Counted from the first letter of the stretch, positions 26,815 to 35,668 are shown. The stretch is DNA of 48,111 nt from Opitutales bacterium (GCA_900299415.1 OMJT01000022.1:1-48111); one strand, 5' to 3'. Made by a program: numbers and translations. Notes: generated by a model not told the origin, from the letters alone.

Positions 26815-26830
26815 GTCCGTTATCCGGACA
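26815..26830. promoter_or_regulatory. Inverted repeat TGTCCG-TTATC-CGGACA upstream of madL
   Basis: 6-bp arms with a 5-nt AT-rich spacer, ~115 nt upstream of the madL ATG. Candidate operator. Confidence 0.3.
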
Positions 26831-26885
26831 TCTTAATCACCGGGAGATTTCTGCCTGTTTCCGCCCGGGTGGAACCGGAACACGC

Positions 26886-27764
26886 TCAGGTCGCAAGGCC
26901 GGCGGCGAGGGCGAGGGCGCCTTTCGCGCGGTTCAGGATATAGAGGTGGTAGCCGGGGATGCCGTGGCCAAGCAGGTCGCGGATCTGGGTAATGGCCCAG
27001 TCGAGGCCGGCGGCCTCCATGGCCTCGGTATTATCGCCGGCGGACTCGAGCCGCCGGGCCAGGTCGGCGGGCAGGGCGGTGCCGCACATGCCGGTGATGC
27101 GCTGGATCTGTTTGAGCGAGAGCGCGGGCATGATGCCGGGCACAATCGGCACGGCGATGCCGGCCTTTCGACAGCGGTTGACGAAGCGGTAGTAGACCTG
27201 GTTGTCGAAGAAGAGCTGGGTGGTCACGAACGCCGCACCGGCGTCGACCTTGCGCTTCAGGTTCTGCAGGTCGGCCTCGGCGGAGGGCGCCTCGGGGTGG
27301 GTCTCGGGGTAGCCGCCGACGCCGAGGCAGAAGTCGGCATGCCGCGCCTTCAGCAGGGCGACGAGGTCGGTGGCGTAGCGGAGTCCGTCCTGGTACGGCA
27401 CGAACTCGGTCTGGCCCTTCGGCGGGTCGCCGCGGAGGGTCATGATGTTGCGGAAGCCGCCGGCATGAATGCGATCGGCGATCCCGCCAAGCTCGACGCG
27501 GGAATGGCCCACGCAGGTGAGGTGGGGCATGACGGTCAGGCCGAAGTCGCGCCGCAGGAAATCGCAGACCTGGGCGGTGCGCTCTCGGGTACTGCCGCCG
27601 GCGCCGTAGGTGACCGAGACGAAATCCGGCGAGATCCGCTGGAGGGCCTTGGCGGTCTGACGGAGGGCGTCGACGCCGGCGTCGTCCCTGGGCGGGAAGA
27701 ATTCGAGCGAACGGAGCGGTCGGTTCAGCTTGAAGAGGTCGGAGATCGGCCGGTCAGGCGTCAT
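26886..27764 (-). CDS. metF: Methylenetetrahydrofolate reductase
   Basis: LEFFPPR, SVTYGAGGSTR, THPEA and TQLFFD blocks of MetF. ATG 27764 (MTPDRPISD) is preferred. Confidence 0.9.
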   Translation of the reverse strand: MTPDRPISDLFKLNRPLRSLEFFPPRDDAGVDALRQTAKALQRISPDFVSVTYGAGGSTRERTAQVCDFLRRDFGLTVMPHLTCVGHSRVELGGIADRIHAGGFRNIMTLRGDPPKGQTEFVPYQDGLRYATDLVALLKARHADFCLGVGGYPETHPEAPSAEADLQNLKRKVDAGAAFVTTQLFFDNQVYYRFVNRCRKAGIAVPIVPGIMPALSLKQIQRITGMCGTALPADLARRLESAGDNTEAMEAAGLDWAITQIRDLLGHGIPGYHLYILNRAKGALALAAGLAT

Positions 27765-27831
27765 GAGGGGACGACGGAAAGGCAAAGCCCCCGGCCCGTA
27801 AAGCGGGGATTTGGCCCATGACACGTGTACG

Positions 27832-27889
27832 TGTAGGCCGGGCAGACCCTGCCCGGGGATCCCCACGGCCGGGGTCTGCCGGGGCTACA
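27832..27889. repeat. GC-rich palindromic REP-like element (arms TGTAGGCCGGGCAGACCC / GGGTCTGCCGGGGCTACA, 16/18 paired; inner GGGGATCCCC)
   Basis: Read directly from the sequence. It lies 8 nt downstream of the DUF4340 gene stop (27897) on the minus strand. Confidence 0.6.
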
Positions 27890-27896
27890 GCTAGGC

Positions 27897-28985
27897 TCAA
27901 TTCCCGGGCATCCGGAACGACGCGGGGCCGGTGGTGGGAGCGGAGGGCGCCGGTGTCGCGTTCAGGCTGGGAGGGGGCGGGGGCGGGCGGTCGACGAGGT
28001 CATCGATCTTCGCGGGAAGGTTGGTGAAGAGGCTCTCCTGTACGCGGAACGAGCGTTTCTTCATGAGGGTGTTGACCGGGGCGGTCGCGTTCGAATCAAC
28101 CACGGCGAGGTAAACCGGCTGCGGCGGCGGGACGAATTCGCCCTGGTCGGGGGGGGTCTCGACCTTCGGCGCGAGCTTCTGGGAATAGGTGAGCGTGACG
28201 TTCCGGCCGTCGAAGGTGGTGAGCTTGACGGTCCGCGCGCGCGGCTGGGCGGCCTTGGCCCCGGCACTGTCGAGGTCCTCCGTTTCGGAATAGCTGATCG
28301 CCGTGTGCAGGTTGATGAGGTTGTTGATCAGTTCCTGCTTCGGGGTGAAGCCATCGGCGGTGAAGGGATCGGCGGCCTTGGCGCGTGTAACGCGCACGGT
28401 GCGTCCGTTCTCTTCGGGGAAATTGAGTTCCACGGCGGCGATGGACTCGGTCTTGAGGTCCACGAGCTGGTGGTTGGCCCAATTGCCGGCGTTGGCATCG
28501 AGGTAGGCGGTGAAGTTGCCAAGGAAGGCCTTCGCCTCGCCGTTGAACTGGATGAAGGTGCCGCCCTTGTCGGCGAGCTTGCCGAGCTGGAGGTCCCAGA
28601 TCGTCTTGCCGGCGGAGTCGGACATCGTCAGGCGAGTGTCGCCGAAGCCGAGTCGCGCGAGATAGCTCGGGCTCGTGGTCACGACCCGCTCGAGTTTCGC
28701 CTCCTGGAGCGTGTCCACGAGGCGGATGAGCTTCGCCATGTCTGCCGGGAAATCGTAATAGCTGGCGACGTTCCACTGGTCGCCAGTGCCCTTTGTTAGG
28801 TTCACGGCGCCGTCGGGCGTCGTGACGACGAGTTTGGCGGCTTTCTGGAGCACGTCGGCCGGCAGGAGCGTCTGGCCGATCCGCGGGTCGCCCGGCGCCT
28901 CGGGCGCCGGGCGGCGGGCATACCAGGTGGCCGCGGAAAGGACCGCGAGGACGGCGACGACAACGGCAAGGGTCTTCAGCTTCAT
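27897..28985 (-). CDS. DUF4340 domain protein (GldG-associated)
   Basis: N-terminal TM anchor followed by a beta-rich periplasmic region, in the typical position downstream of a GldG-like gene. It has a Pro-rich C-terminus. ATG 28985 is preferred. Confidence 0.65.
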   Translation of the reverse strand: MKLKTLAVVVAVLAVLSAATWYARRPAPEAPGDPRIGQTLLPADVLQKAAKLVVTTPDGAVNLTKGTGDQWNVASYYDFPADMAKLIRLVDTLQEAKLERVVTTSPSYLARLGFGDTRLTMSDSAGKTIWDLQLGKLADKGGTFIQFNGEAKAFLGNFTAYLDANAGNWANHQLVDLKTESIAAVELNFPEENGRTVRVTRAKAADPFTADGFTPKQELINNLINLHTAISYSETEDLDSAGAKAAQPRARTVKLTTFDGRNVTLTYSQKLAPKVETPPDQGEFVPPPQPVYLAVVDSNATAPVNTLMKKRSFRVQESLFTNLPAKIDDLVDRPPPPPPSLNATPAPSAPTTGPASFRMPGN

Positions 28986-29005
28986 CGGGACGGAAACGGG
29001 ATGGA

Positions 29006-30880
29006 TCAGGCGGGCAGGCGGCGGCGGCGGTGGAACCACAGGCCGAAGGCACAAAGCCCGGCGGGGGCGATCACGAGGTTGGTGAGCAGCAGCTTGTCCT
29101 CGAGGGCATCGATGCCCTCGCGGAGGGTGCGGCGGATCTCGCGGACCTGGCTGCGCAGCGTGGCCTGTTCACGGCGGGCCTCGGCGATGGCCTGGGTGGT
29201 CTCGGCGGAGGCGACGAGGCGGACGTTGTCCTGGTTCTTGCCAGCGATCTCGTCGAGGCGCGTCTGGATCTCGGTGAGGCGCTTTTCCAGGCCGGCGGCC
29301 TTGTCCTGGTATTGCCGGTTGGCCTCGACCTCCATGGCCTGCACGACATCGAAGGGCCGGGCGGAGTTGCCCTTGCCGCGGATGTTGATCAGGTCGGACG
29401 AGCCGCCGAGGAACTCCATGACATTGGTGGCGAAGGCGAGATTATCGCCGCGCGGCTGGATGTAGGTCTGGCCGAGAAACGTCTGCTTCTGGACGGCCAC
29501 CGGATCGAGGAACCAGTCGGTGTCCGCCACGATGAACAGGGTGGAGGTGCCGGAGGATTCCTTGAGGGCCGGCACGGTGAGCGCGGGCTTGGGCGCCGGG
29601 TTCGCGGGATCCGCCGGCTCGGCGGGCGCACCGTTGGGGAAGGCCGACGGGAACTTGCCCGTGACGAGGGCGGCGAGGGGCTTCTTGCCGGAGGCCTGCA
29701 GGGCGCGGGTGAGGAGTTCGCCGCTGTTGATCATGAGCAGGTCGCTTTTGATCATGCCGCCGGATTCGGTGGACTGGACGACCGGCGTGAAGGTCAGCTT
29801 GCTGCCGGCGGTGGGGGCGAGGGCACCGGCTTCGATGAGGCGCACCATGTTTACCGGGCCCGCGGGCTGCACGGCCTTGTTGAAATTAGTGCCGTCGAGC
29901 GTGAGCCAGACCGGCGTGCGCACGGGGTTGCCGTTGTTGTCGCGGGTCTGGGTCGCACGGTTCTCGTCGCCGACCACGGAGTCGGCGTCGTACTCGATCC
30001 CGTAGGCCTTGAGCAGCTCGGGCAGGTTGCTGGAGGCGTTGGGCGGGGCGCTGCCGATGGAGACGAGCATCCCGGACTGCTGCTTGTAGTACAGCGAGGA
30101 CGGGTCGACGGCGAGGAAGACGGGGTGCCCCGAGAGCAGGAACTGATCGATCTCGAACTTGAGTGACGCGGTGAGGGCCTGCGGGTGGAGGATAGCGAGG
30201 GCATCGAGGCCCTTGGGCAGGGCGACGGCGCTGGTGTCGACGTTCACGAGCTCGAAGGTGTTGCCCCATTCCTGGGCGATGACCTGGCCCGGATCGCCGC
30301 GGCCCTGCATCACGAGGGCGCGGTTCTGGGTCTCCATGACCGGCAGCGAGGAGAGGATGCCGAGCTTCTTCCGGTCGAGTTGCTGCACGTTGTAGATCAG
30401 CTGCGAGATGTCGTACTCCAGGAACGGCTCGCGCGACGGCGTGAGCGCGGCGATGACCTTCTGCTGGCCGGCCTGGGTGGCGACGAGGCCGATGGAGAGG
30501 CGATCGCCCGAGGGCAGGGCCTGGCCCGCGATGCCGGCGAGGCCGGCGCGTTCCTCCTCGGGGGTGTCAGGCCGCGGATCAACGATGTTCAGCCGGAGCT
30601 TGCCGCCGGCGTTGCGGGCGTACTGGCGGAGCAGTTCCTGCACGCGGTCGGCGTAGTTTTTCGCGGCGATCGGCAGTCCGGTGGCACTGCGGGTGAAGTA
30701 GAAGTCGAGCGTGATCGGCTCCTCTATCTTACCCAGGAGGGACTTGGTCCCGGCGGAAAGCGTGTAGAGCTTGTCACCGGTCAGGTCGAGGCGCCCGGGC
30801 AGGGACGAGGCGAGGTAGTTGACGAGGACGAGCCCGACGAAGAGGAGGAGAACGGCGAGGGTGACGCGGCTGGATTTCAT
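29006..30880 (-). CDS. GldG-family ABC transporter auxiliary protein
   Basis: 624 aa with N- and C-terminal TM helices. The start LPGRLDLTGDKLYTLS..PITLDFYF is typical of GldG/ABC-type uncharacterized transport auxiliary components. Confidence 0.8.
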   Translation of the reverse strand: MKSSRVTLAVLLLFVGLVLVNYLASSLPGRLDLTGDKLYTLSAGTKSLLGKIEEPITLDFYFTRSATGLPIAAKNYADRVQELLRQYARNAGGKLRLNIVDPRPDTPEEERAGLAGIAGQALPSGDRLSIGLVATQAGQQKVIAALTPSREPFLEYDISQLIYNVQQLDRKKLGILSSLPVMETQNRALVMQGRGDPGQVIAQEWGNTFELVNVDTSAVALPKGLDALAILHPQALTASLKFEIDQFLLSGHPVFLAVDPSSLYYKQQSGMLVSIGSAPPNASSNLPELLKAYGIEYDADSVVGDENRATQTRDNNGNPVRTPVWLTLDGTNFNKAVQPAGPVNMVRLIEAGALAPTAGSKLTFTPVVQSTESGGMIKSDLLMINSGELLTRALQASGKKPLAALVTGKFPSAFPNGAPAEPADPANPAPKPALTVPALKESSGTSTLFIVADTDWFLDPVAVQKQTFLGQTYIQPRGDNLAFATNVMEFLGGSSDLINIRGKGNSARPFDVVQAMEVEANRQYQDKAAGLEKRLTEIQTRLDEIAGKNQDNVRLVASAETTQAIAEARREQATLRSQVREIRRTLREGIDALEDKLLLTNLVIAPAGLCAFGLWFHRRRRLPA

Positions 30881-30886
30881 GGTCGG

Positions 30887-31612
30887 TCAGCGGTCAAGGA
30901 CGACGACGTTGAGGAAGATCGTGAAGCCCATCAGTGAGAGGAAGAACACCACGTCGCGGGCGTCGATCACCCCGCGGGTGAATCCCTCGAAGTGGGTCGA
31001 GAAGCTGAAGTTCGCGACGGCATCGGCCGCGGCGACGGGGAGGATGGACTCGAGCGTGGCGGTGAAACCGCTGAACCCGAGGATCAGCAGCGCCGCGCAG
31101 GCGATGAGGCCGAGGACGAAGCTGATGACCTGGTTCTTGGTCAGCGCGGACATCAGCGAGCAGACCCCGAGGTAGCCGCCGGCCATGAGGATGCTGCCGG
31201 CGTAGGTGCTGAGGACGACGCCCCAGTCGGGCTTGCCGAGATACGCGATGGTGAAGGCCATCGTGAGGCTCGAGAGGATCGCGAGGTTGAGGAACGCCCA
31301 GGCGGCGAGAAACTTGCCGATGACGGCCTCGAGGCAGGTGACCGGCAGCGTGAAGAGCAGCTCGATCGTGCCGGTACGGCGCTCCTCGGACCAGAGGCGC
31401 ATGCCGACGGCGGGCACGAGGAAGAGGAAGAGCCACGGGTAAAACGAGAAGTAGACCCGGAGGCTCGCGTCGTTCGACTCGAAGAACCCGCCGAAGGGCG
31501 AGAACGCGAGCGAGACGGAGATGATGACGAAGGCGACGAGGAACACGTAGGCCACCGGGGACCGGAAGTAGCCGAGGAACTCGCGGCGGAAGAGGGGGAC
31601 GATCTGCGACAT
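30887..31612 (-). CDS. ABC-2 type permease (GldF-like)
   Basis: FRREFLGYFRSPVAYVFL and EERRTGTIELLFTLPV motifs of GldF-type permeases. Confidence 0.8.
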   Translation of the reverse strand: MSQIVPLFRREFLGYFRSPVAYVFLVAFVIISVSLAFSPFGGFFESNDASLRVYFSFYPWLFLFLVPAVGMRLWSEERRTGTIELLFTLPVTCLEAVIGKFLAAWAFLNLAILSSLTMAFTIAYLGKPDWGVVLSTYAGSILMAGGYLGVCSLMSALTKNQVISFVLGLIACAALLILGFSGFTATLESILPVAAADAVANFSFSTHFEGFTRGVIDARDVVFFLSLMGFTIFLNVVVLDR

Positions 31613-31624
31613 GGGCGGCGGGGC

Positions 31625-32347
31625 TTAGGCGTCGGAGAGGGTGAGCTGGCGGAAGATCTCGTCGAGGCGCGCGCCGGACTTGCGGGCGTGCATCTTCTCG
31701 GGGGTCTCGTCGGAGACGATCTTGCCCTGCGAGATGATGATGACCCGGTTGCAGATGGCATCGACCTCCTCGAGGATGTGGGTCGAGAGGATGACGGCCT
31801 TCTCGGCGGCCATCCGGCGGATCAGGGTGCGCACCTCGTGCTTCTGGTTCGGGTCGAGGCCGTCGGTGGGTTCGTCGAGCACGAGCACCGGCGGATCATG
31901 GAGCAGCGCCTGGGCGAAGCCGACGCGTTGGCGATAGCCTTTGGAAAGTGTCTCGATCGTCTGCCGGCGCACGGACTCGAGGTGGGTGAGTCCGATGGCG
32001 CGCTCGACCTGGGCGAGGCGGGTGTCCTTCGCGCGGAAGCCGCGGACATCGGCGATGAAGTTGAGGTACTCGGTCACGGTCATCTCGCCATAGGCCGGCG
32101 CACTCTCCGGCAGGTAGCCGATGCGGCGCTTGGTGGCGACGGGGTCCTTGGTCACGTCGATGCCATCGACCGTCACGGAACCCGCGGTGGGCGCGAGGTA
32201 CCCGGTGATGACCTTCATCGTGGTGGACTTGCCGGCGCCGTTGGGTCCGAGGAAGCCGAGGATGTCGCCGCGACGCACGCTGAACGTGACGCCGTCGACG
32301 GCGCGCTTGGTGCCGTAGCTTTTAACGAGACCTTTGACTTCGATCAT
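31625..32347 (-). CDS. ABC transporter ATP-binding protein (GldA-like)
   Basis: Walker A GPNGAGKST, signature LSKGYRQR and Walker B VLVLDEPT. ATG 32347 (MIEVKGL) is preferred; the upstream part of the ORF is the repeat-rich leader. Confidence 0.9.
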   Translation of the reverse strand: MIEVKGLVKSYGTKRAVDGVTFSVRRGDILGFLGPNGAGKSTTMKVITGYLAPTAGSVTVDGIDVTKDPVATKRRIGYLPESAPAYGEMTVTEYLNFIADVRGFRAKDTRLAQVERAIGLTHLESVRRQTIETLSKGYRQRVGFAQALLHDPPVLVLDEPTDGLDPNQKHEVRTLIRRMAAEKAVILSTHILEEVDAICNRVIIISQGKIVSDETPEKMHARKSGARLDEIFRQLTLSDA

Positions 32348-32546
32348 GAGAGCGGGGAACGGGTGCCGCACGGGCGGCGAGGAGAGAACGGGAAAAGGGA
32401 ACGGGGAACTGACGGACGGGAACGCGGAAAGCGACGGGGGGAGGCGTATGAAGAGAAAGGATCCGGGCATTCGTCAAGAAACTCGCGCCGATAAATCCTT
32501 TCGAGGGAATTACATTTATGAAAGCCGTAGGGGTCTGGATGCCATG

Positions 32547-32578
32547 CTGTAGCCCGGGTGACCTCACCCGGGCTACAG
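32547..32578. repeat. Perfect palindromic hairpin CTGTAGCCCGGGTGA-CC-TCACCCGGGCTACAG (REP-like / terminator-like)
   Basis: A 15-bp perfect stem 7 nt downstream of the rlmN stop (32585). There is no U-tract. It shares the CTGTAGCCC..GGGCTACAG ends with the element at 27832-27889. Confidence 0.65.
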
Positions 32579-32584
32579 GGAATA

Positions 32585-33694
32585 TCACCCCGCGGCGCGG
32601 GCCTTCTCCGTCTGGAGCCGGAGCTGTCCGCAGGCGGCGGCGATGTCGTGGCCCTTCTCGCGGCGCAGCGTGACGGGCACGCGCGCCTCGCGCAGGATGT
32701 CGGCAAAGCGCTCCTGCCTCGTGATCGAAGGGCGTTTCCACGGCAGGCCCTCCACCGTGTTGTACGGGATGAGGTTCACATGGGCGTGCAGGTCGGCCGC
32801 GTAGTCCCGGAGGAGCCCGGCCTGCTCGAGCGAGTCGTTCACGTCCTCGATCAGGATGAACTCGAGCGTGACCATGCGCCCATGGCGCTCGGTGAAGGTC
32901 TTCACGGCCGGGATGAGCTCGGCGAGCGGGTAGGCCTTGTTCACCGGCATGATCTTCGTCCGCACCTCGTCGGTCACGCCATGCAGGGAGATGGCGAGGC
33001 GGAAGCCGAGCGGCTCCTCGGCGAGCTTGAGGATCTTCGGCACCAGTCCGCTGGTGGAAACCGTGATGCGGCGGGCGCCGAAGCCGAGGCCCCAGGGTGC
33101 GTTGAGGATGGTGAGGGCGCGGATGAGGGCGTCGTAGTTCGCGAGCGGCTCGCCCATGCCCATGACGACGATGTTGTCGAAGGAGGCGAGTTCGGCCCGG
33201 GCGCGCGGCGTGCGGGCGTCCTCACGGCGGCACACTTGGAGCAGCTGGGCGACGATCTCGCCGGCGCTGAGGTCGCGCTTCAACCCGGCTAGGCCGCTGG
33301 CGCAGAAGACGCAGCCCATCGCACAGCCGACCTGCGTCGAAATACAGATTGTCTTGCGGGAGTGGTCGAGGCCGACGCCCTCCTGGGGGGCTCGGATGAT
33401 CACGGTCTCGATCAGCGAGCGGTCGCGCAATTCGAGGAGAAGCTTGTCGGTCACGTCCGCCGACTGCTGGCTGGCGGCGAACTCGGCGGGCATGAGGTCG
33501 AACGTCTCGTCGAGCCACGCGCGCAACGCGGCGGGGAGGTCGGTCATCTCCGCCCAGGAGGAGACGCGCTTCTTGTAGAGCCAGTCGAGGATCTGCTTCG
33601 CCCGATAGCCCGGCTCGCCGCGTTCGGCGAGCCGGGCCGTGAGGGACTCGAGCGTCTCACCCGTGAGGGGCGCCTTGGCGGGGGTGAATTTCAT
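32585..33694 (-). CDS. rlmN: 23S rRNA/tRNA (adenine-C2)-methyltransferase RlmN (radical SAM)
   Basis: YRAKQILDWLYKK, radical-SAM CAMGCVFCASG, GMGEPLANYD and C-terminal AACGQL. ATG 33694 (MKFTPAK) is preferred; the 702-aa ORF is an artefactual extension through leuA. Confidence 0.9.
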   Translation of the reverse strand: MKFTPAKAPLTGETLESLTARLAERGEPGYRAKQILDWLYKKRVSSWAEMTDLPAALRAWLDETFDLMPAEFAASQQSADVTDKLLLELRDRSLIETVIIRAPQEGVGLDHSRKTICISTQVGCAMGCVFCASGLAGLKRDLSAGEIVAQLLQVCRREDARTPRARAELASFDNIVVMGMGEPLANYDALIRALTILNAPWGLGFGARRITVSTSGLVPKILKLAEEPLGFRLAISLHGVTDEVRTKIMPVNKAYPLAELIPAVKTFTERHGRMVTLEFILIEDVNDSLEQAGLLRDYAADLHAHVNLIPYNTVEGLPWKRPSITRQERFADILREARVPVTLRREKGHDIAAACGQLRLQTEKARAAG

Positions 33695-33714
33695 GTGCGG
33701 TCCCGCCGCCCCGG

Positions 33715-35379
33715 TCACTTGGCCAGCGAGCGGTTGAGCGCGCTGACGATGGCCTTGATCGAGGCGAGCTCGATGTTGGTGTCGATCCCGGCGCCGAAGA
33801 GCGTGCGGGTGCCGCCGACCTTCGCCTGGATGTAGCTGACGGCCTTGGCCTGCGCGCCCTGGCCGAGCGAGTGCTCGGCGTAGGAGAGGATCTCGACCTT
33901 GGGCAGCGTCGTGGCGGCGAGCGCACGCACGAAGGCATCGATCGGGCCATTGCCCTGGCCGGCGACCTTGAGGCGCTTGCCCCGGAAGGTGAACCCGGCC
34001 TCGCACTTCACGAGCTTCTTGGACTCGACGGTCTTGAACTGGGTGAGGGCGAGCGGCGTGGTCCGCTTCAAGTATTCCTTCTGGAACGCGGCGTGGATCT
34101 GGCGCGGCGTGAGCTCGGTGCCCTTCTGGTCGGCGAGGTCGTTGATGATCTTGCCGATCTCCTTGTGCATGAGCTTGGGCAGGGTGAAGCCGTACTCGTT
34201 CTCGAGCACGTAGGCGACGCCGCCCTTGCCGGACTGGCTGTTGATGCGGATGATCGCCTTGTAGCTGCGGCCGATGTCGGCCGGGTCGACCGGGATGTAG
34301 AGCACGTCCCACGGCCGTCCGGGCCGCTGGTGCGGCATGGACTTCTTGATCGCGTCCTGGTGCGAGCCGCTGAACGCGGTGAAGACCAGCTCGCCGGCGT
34401 AGGGCAGGCGGGGCGGCACCTCGAGCTTGGTGCAGCGCTCGTAGACGTCGCGGATGCGGTTGATGTCCGAGAAGTCCAGGCCCGGGTGGATGCCGTGCGT
34501 GTAGAGGTTCAGGGCGACGGTGACGATGTCGAGGTTGCCCGTGCGCTCGCCGTTGCCGAAGAGCGTGCCCTCGACGCGGTCCGCGCCGGCGAGCAGTGCC
34601 AGTTCGGTGGCGGCGACGCCGGTGCCGCGGTCGTTGTGGGTGTGGAGCGAGACGATCGTGCGGTCGCGCCGGGTGAGATGCGTGCACATCCACTCGATCT
34701 GGTCGGCGTGGACGTTGGGCGTGGCGTACTCGACGGTCGCGGGCAGGTTGAGGATGATCGGGTCGGCCGCGGTCGGCTGCCAGACGTCCGTCACGGCCTC
34801 GCAGATCTCGAGGGAGAACTCGAGCTCCGTGCTCGTGAAGCTCTCGGGCGAGTACTCGAGGCGGACCTTGGTCCCGGCGGCGACGAGCGGGCGCATCTGC
34901 GCCTTGAGGAAGCCGACGGCGTGCGTGGCGATGCGGACGATCTCGGACTTGGGCGCGTTGAAGACGTACTCGCGCTGCTTGGGCGAGGTGGAGTTGTACA
35001 GGTGGAAGATCACCTGTTTCGCGCCCCGGAGCGCCTCGAGCGAGCGGGTGATCAGGTCCTCACGGCACTGGCAGAGGATCTGGATGGTGACGTCGGCCGG
35101 GATGCGCTTCTCTTCGATCAGGCGGCGGCAGAAATCGAACTCGATCTGGGAGGCGCTGGGGAAGCCGACCTCGATTTCCTTGAAACCAATGCGGACGAGC
35201 AGGTCGAAGTACTCGAGCTTCTCCTCGACGCTCATCGGCTGGGCGAGGGCCTGGTTGCCGTCGCGGAGGTCGACGCTGCACCAGATCGGGGCGCGGGTCA
35301 GGGTGCGGTTGGGCCACTGTCGACCGGGCAGGTCGACCGGGGGAAACGGACGATACTTGGTAACGGGAGCGGATTGCAT
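33715..35379 (-). CDS. leuA: 2-isopropylmalate synthase (long, actinobacterial-type LeuA)
   Basis: WCSVDLRDGNQAL, HTHNDRGTGVA and a C-terminal LeuA dimerisation/regulatory domain. 554 aa. Confidence 0.95.
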   Translation of the reverse strand: MQSAPVTKYRPFPPVDLPGRQWPNRTLTRAPIWCSVDLRDGNQALAQPMSVEEKLEYFDLLVRIGFKEIEVGFPSASQIEFDFCRRLIEEKRIPADVTIQILCQCREDLITRSLEALRGAKQVIFHLYNSTSPKQREYVFNAPKSEIVRIATHAVGFLKAQMRPLVAAGTKVRLEYSPESFTSTELEFSLEICEAVTDVWQPTAADPIILNLPATVEYATPNVHADQIEWMCTHLTRRDRTIVSLHTHNDRGTGVAATELALLAGADRVEGTLFGNGERTGNLDIVTVALNLYTHGIHPGLDFSDINRIRDVYERCTKLEVPPRLPYAGELVFTAFSGSHQDAIKKSMPHQRPGRPWDVLYIPVDPADIGRSYKAIIRINSQSGKGGVAYVLENEYGFTLPKLMHKEIGKIINDLADQKGTELTPRQIHAAFQKEYLKRTTPLALTQFKTVESKKLVKCEAGFTFRGKRLKVAGQGNGPIDAFVRALAATTLPKVEILSYAEHSLGQGAQAKAVSYIQAKVGGTRTLFGAGIDTNIELASIKAIVSALNRSLAK

Positions 35380-35600
35380 GACGCGGATGCTAAACTGGTT
35401 AGACTAACGAAAGGCGGAAAACGACGGGCAAACGCCGTACGGGACGGCGGCAAAAGTCAGGCCTGCGCTCGACCGGACCGCTGGGCGGCCCGCTCAGAGG
35501 TCGTGCGGCTTCGTAAGTCGAAGGGCCTGGATCAGTTTTCGCATCTCGGGGAGGGCACTCAAGCAGTGCCCCGGGGAGTGTCAAGCGGCCTGCTCATCCC

Positions 35601-35627
35601 GGTAACCAGCCGTTCGCCACCATCGTC
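35601..35627 (+). promoter_or_regulatory. Candidate ECF-type promoter (GGTAAC-N17-CGTC)
   Basis: GGTAAC at 35601-06 and CGTC at 35624-27, ~42 nt upstream of the ECF sigma ATG. This fits the common GGAAC-N16/17-CGT autoregulated architecture. Confidence 0.35.
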
Positions 35628-35668
35628 TTGCATGTTGTGCCTGAGATTGCCTCCATCACCTATAACCT

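Noticed and set aside
27765-27831. Possible SAM-type riboswitch in the metF leader
   Set aside because: There is only a short CCCG-CTTTA-CGGG hairpin and a C/U-rich stretch. I could not match SAM-I/II/V or SAM-SAH consensus features by eye.
33695-34693. Upstream 333 codons of ORF 32585..34693 (would give a 702-aa RlmN)
   Set aside because: This part is Arg/Pro-rich junk in an alternate frame of leuA. RlmN homology begins at MKFTPAK (ATG 33694).
35399-35584. 61-aa minus-strand ORF in the leuA leader as a leader peptide
   Set aside because: It has no run of Leu codons, it is too long for an attenuator peptide, and its composition is Pro/Arg-rich.
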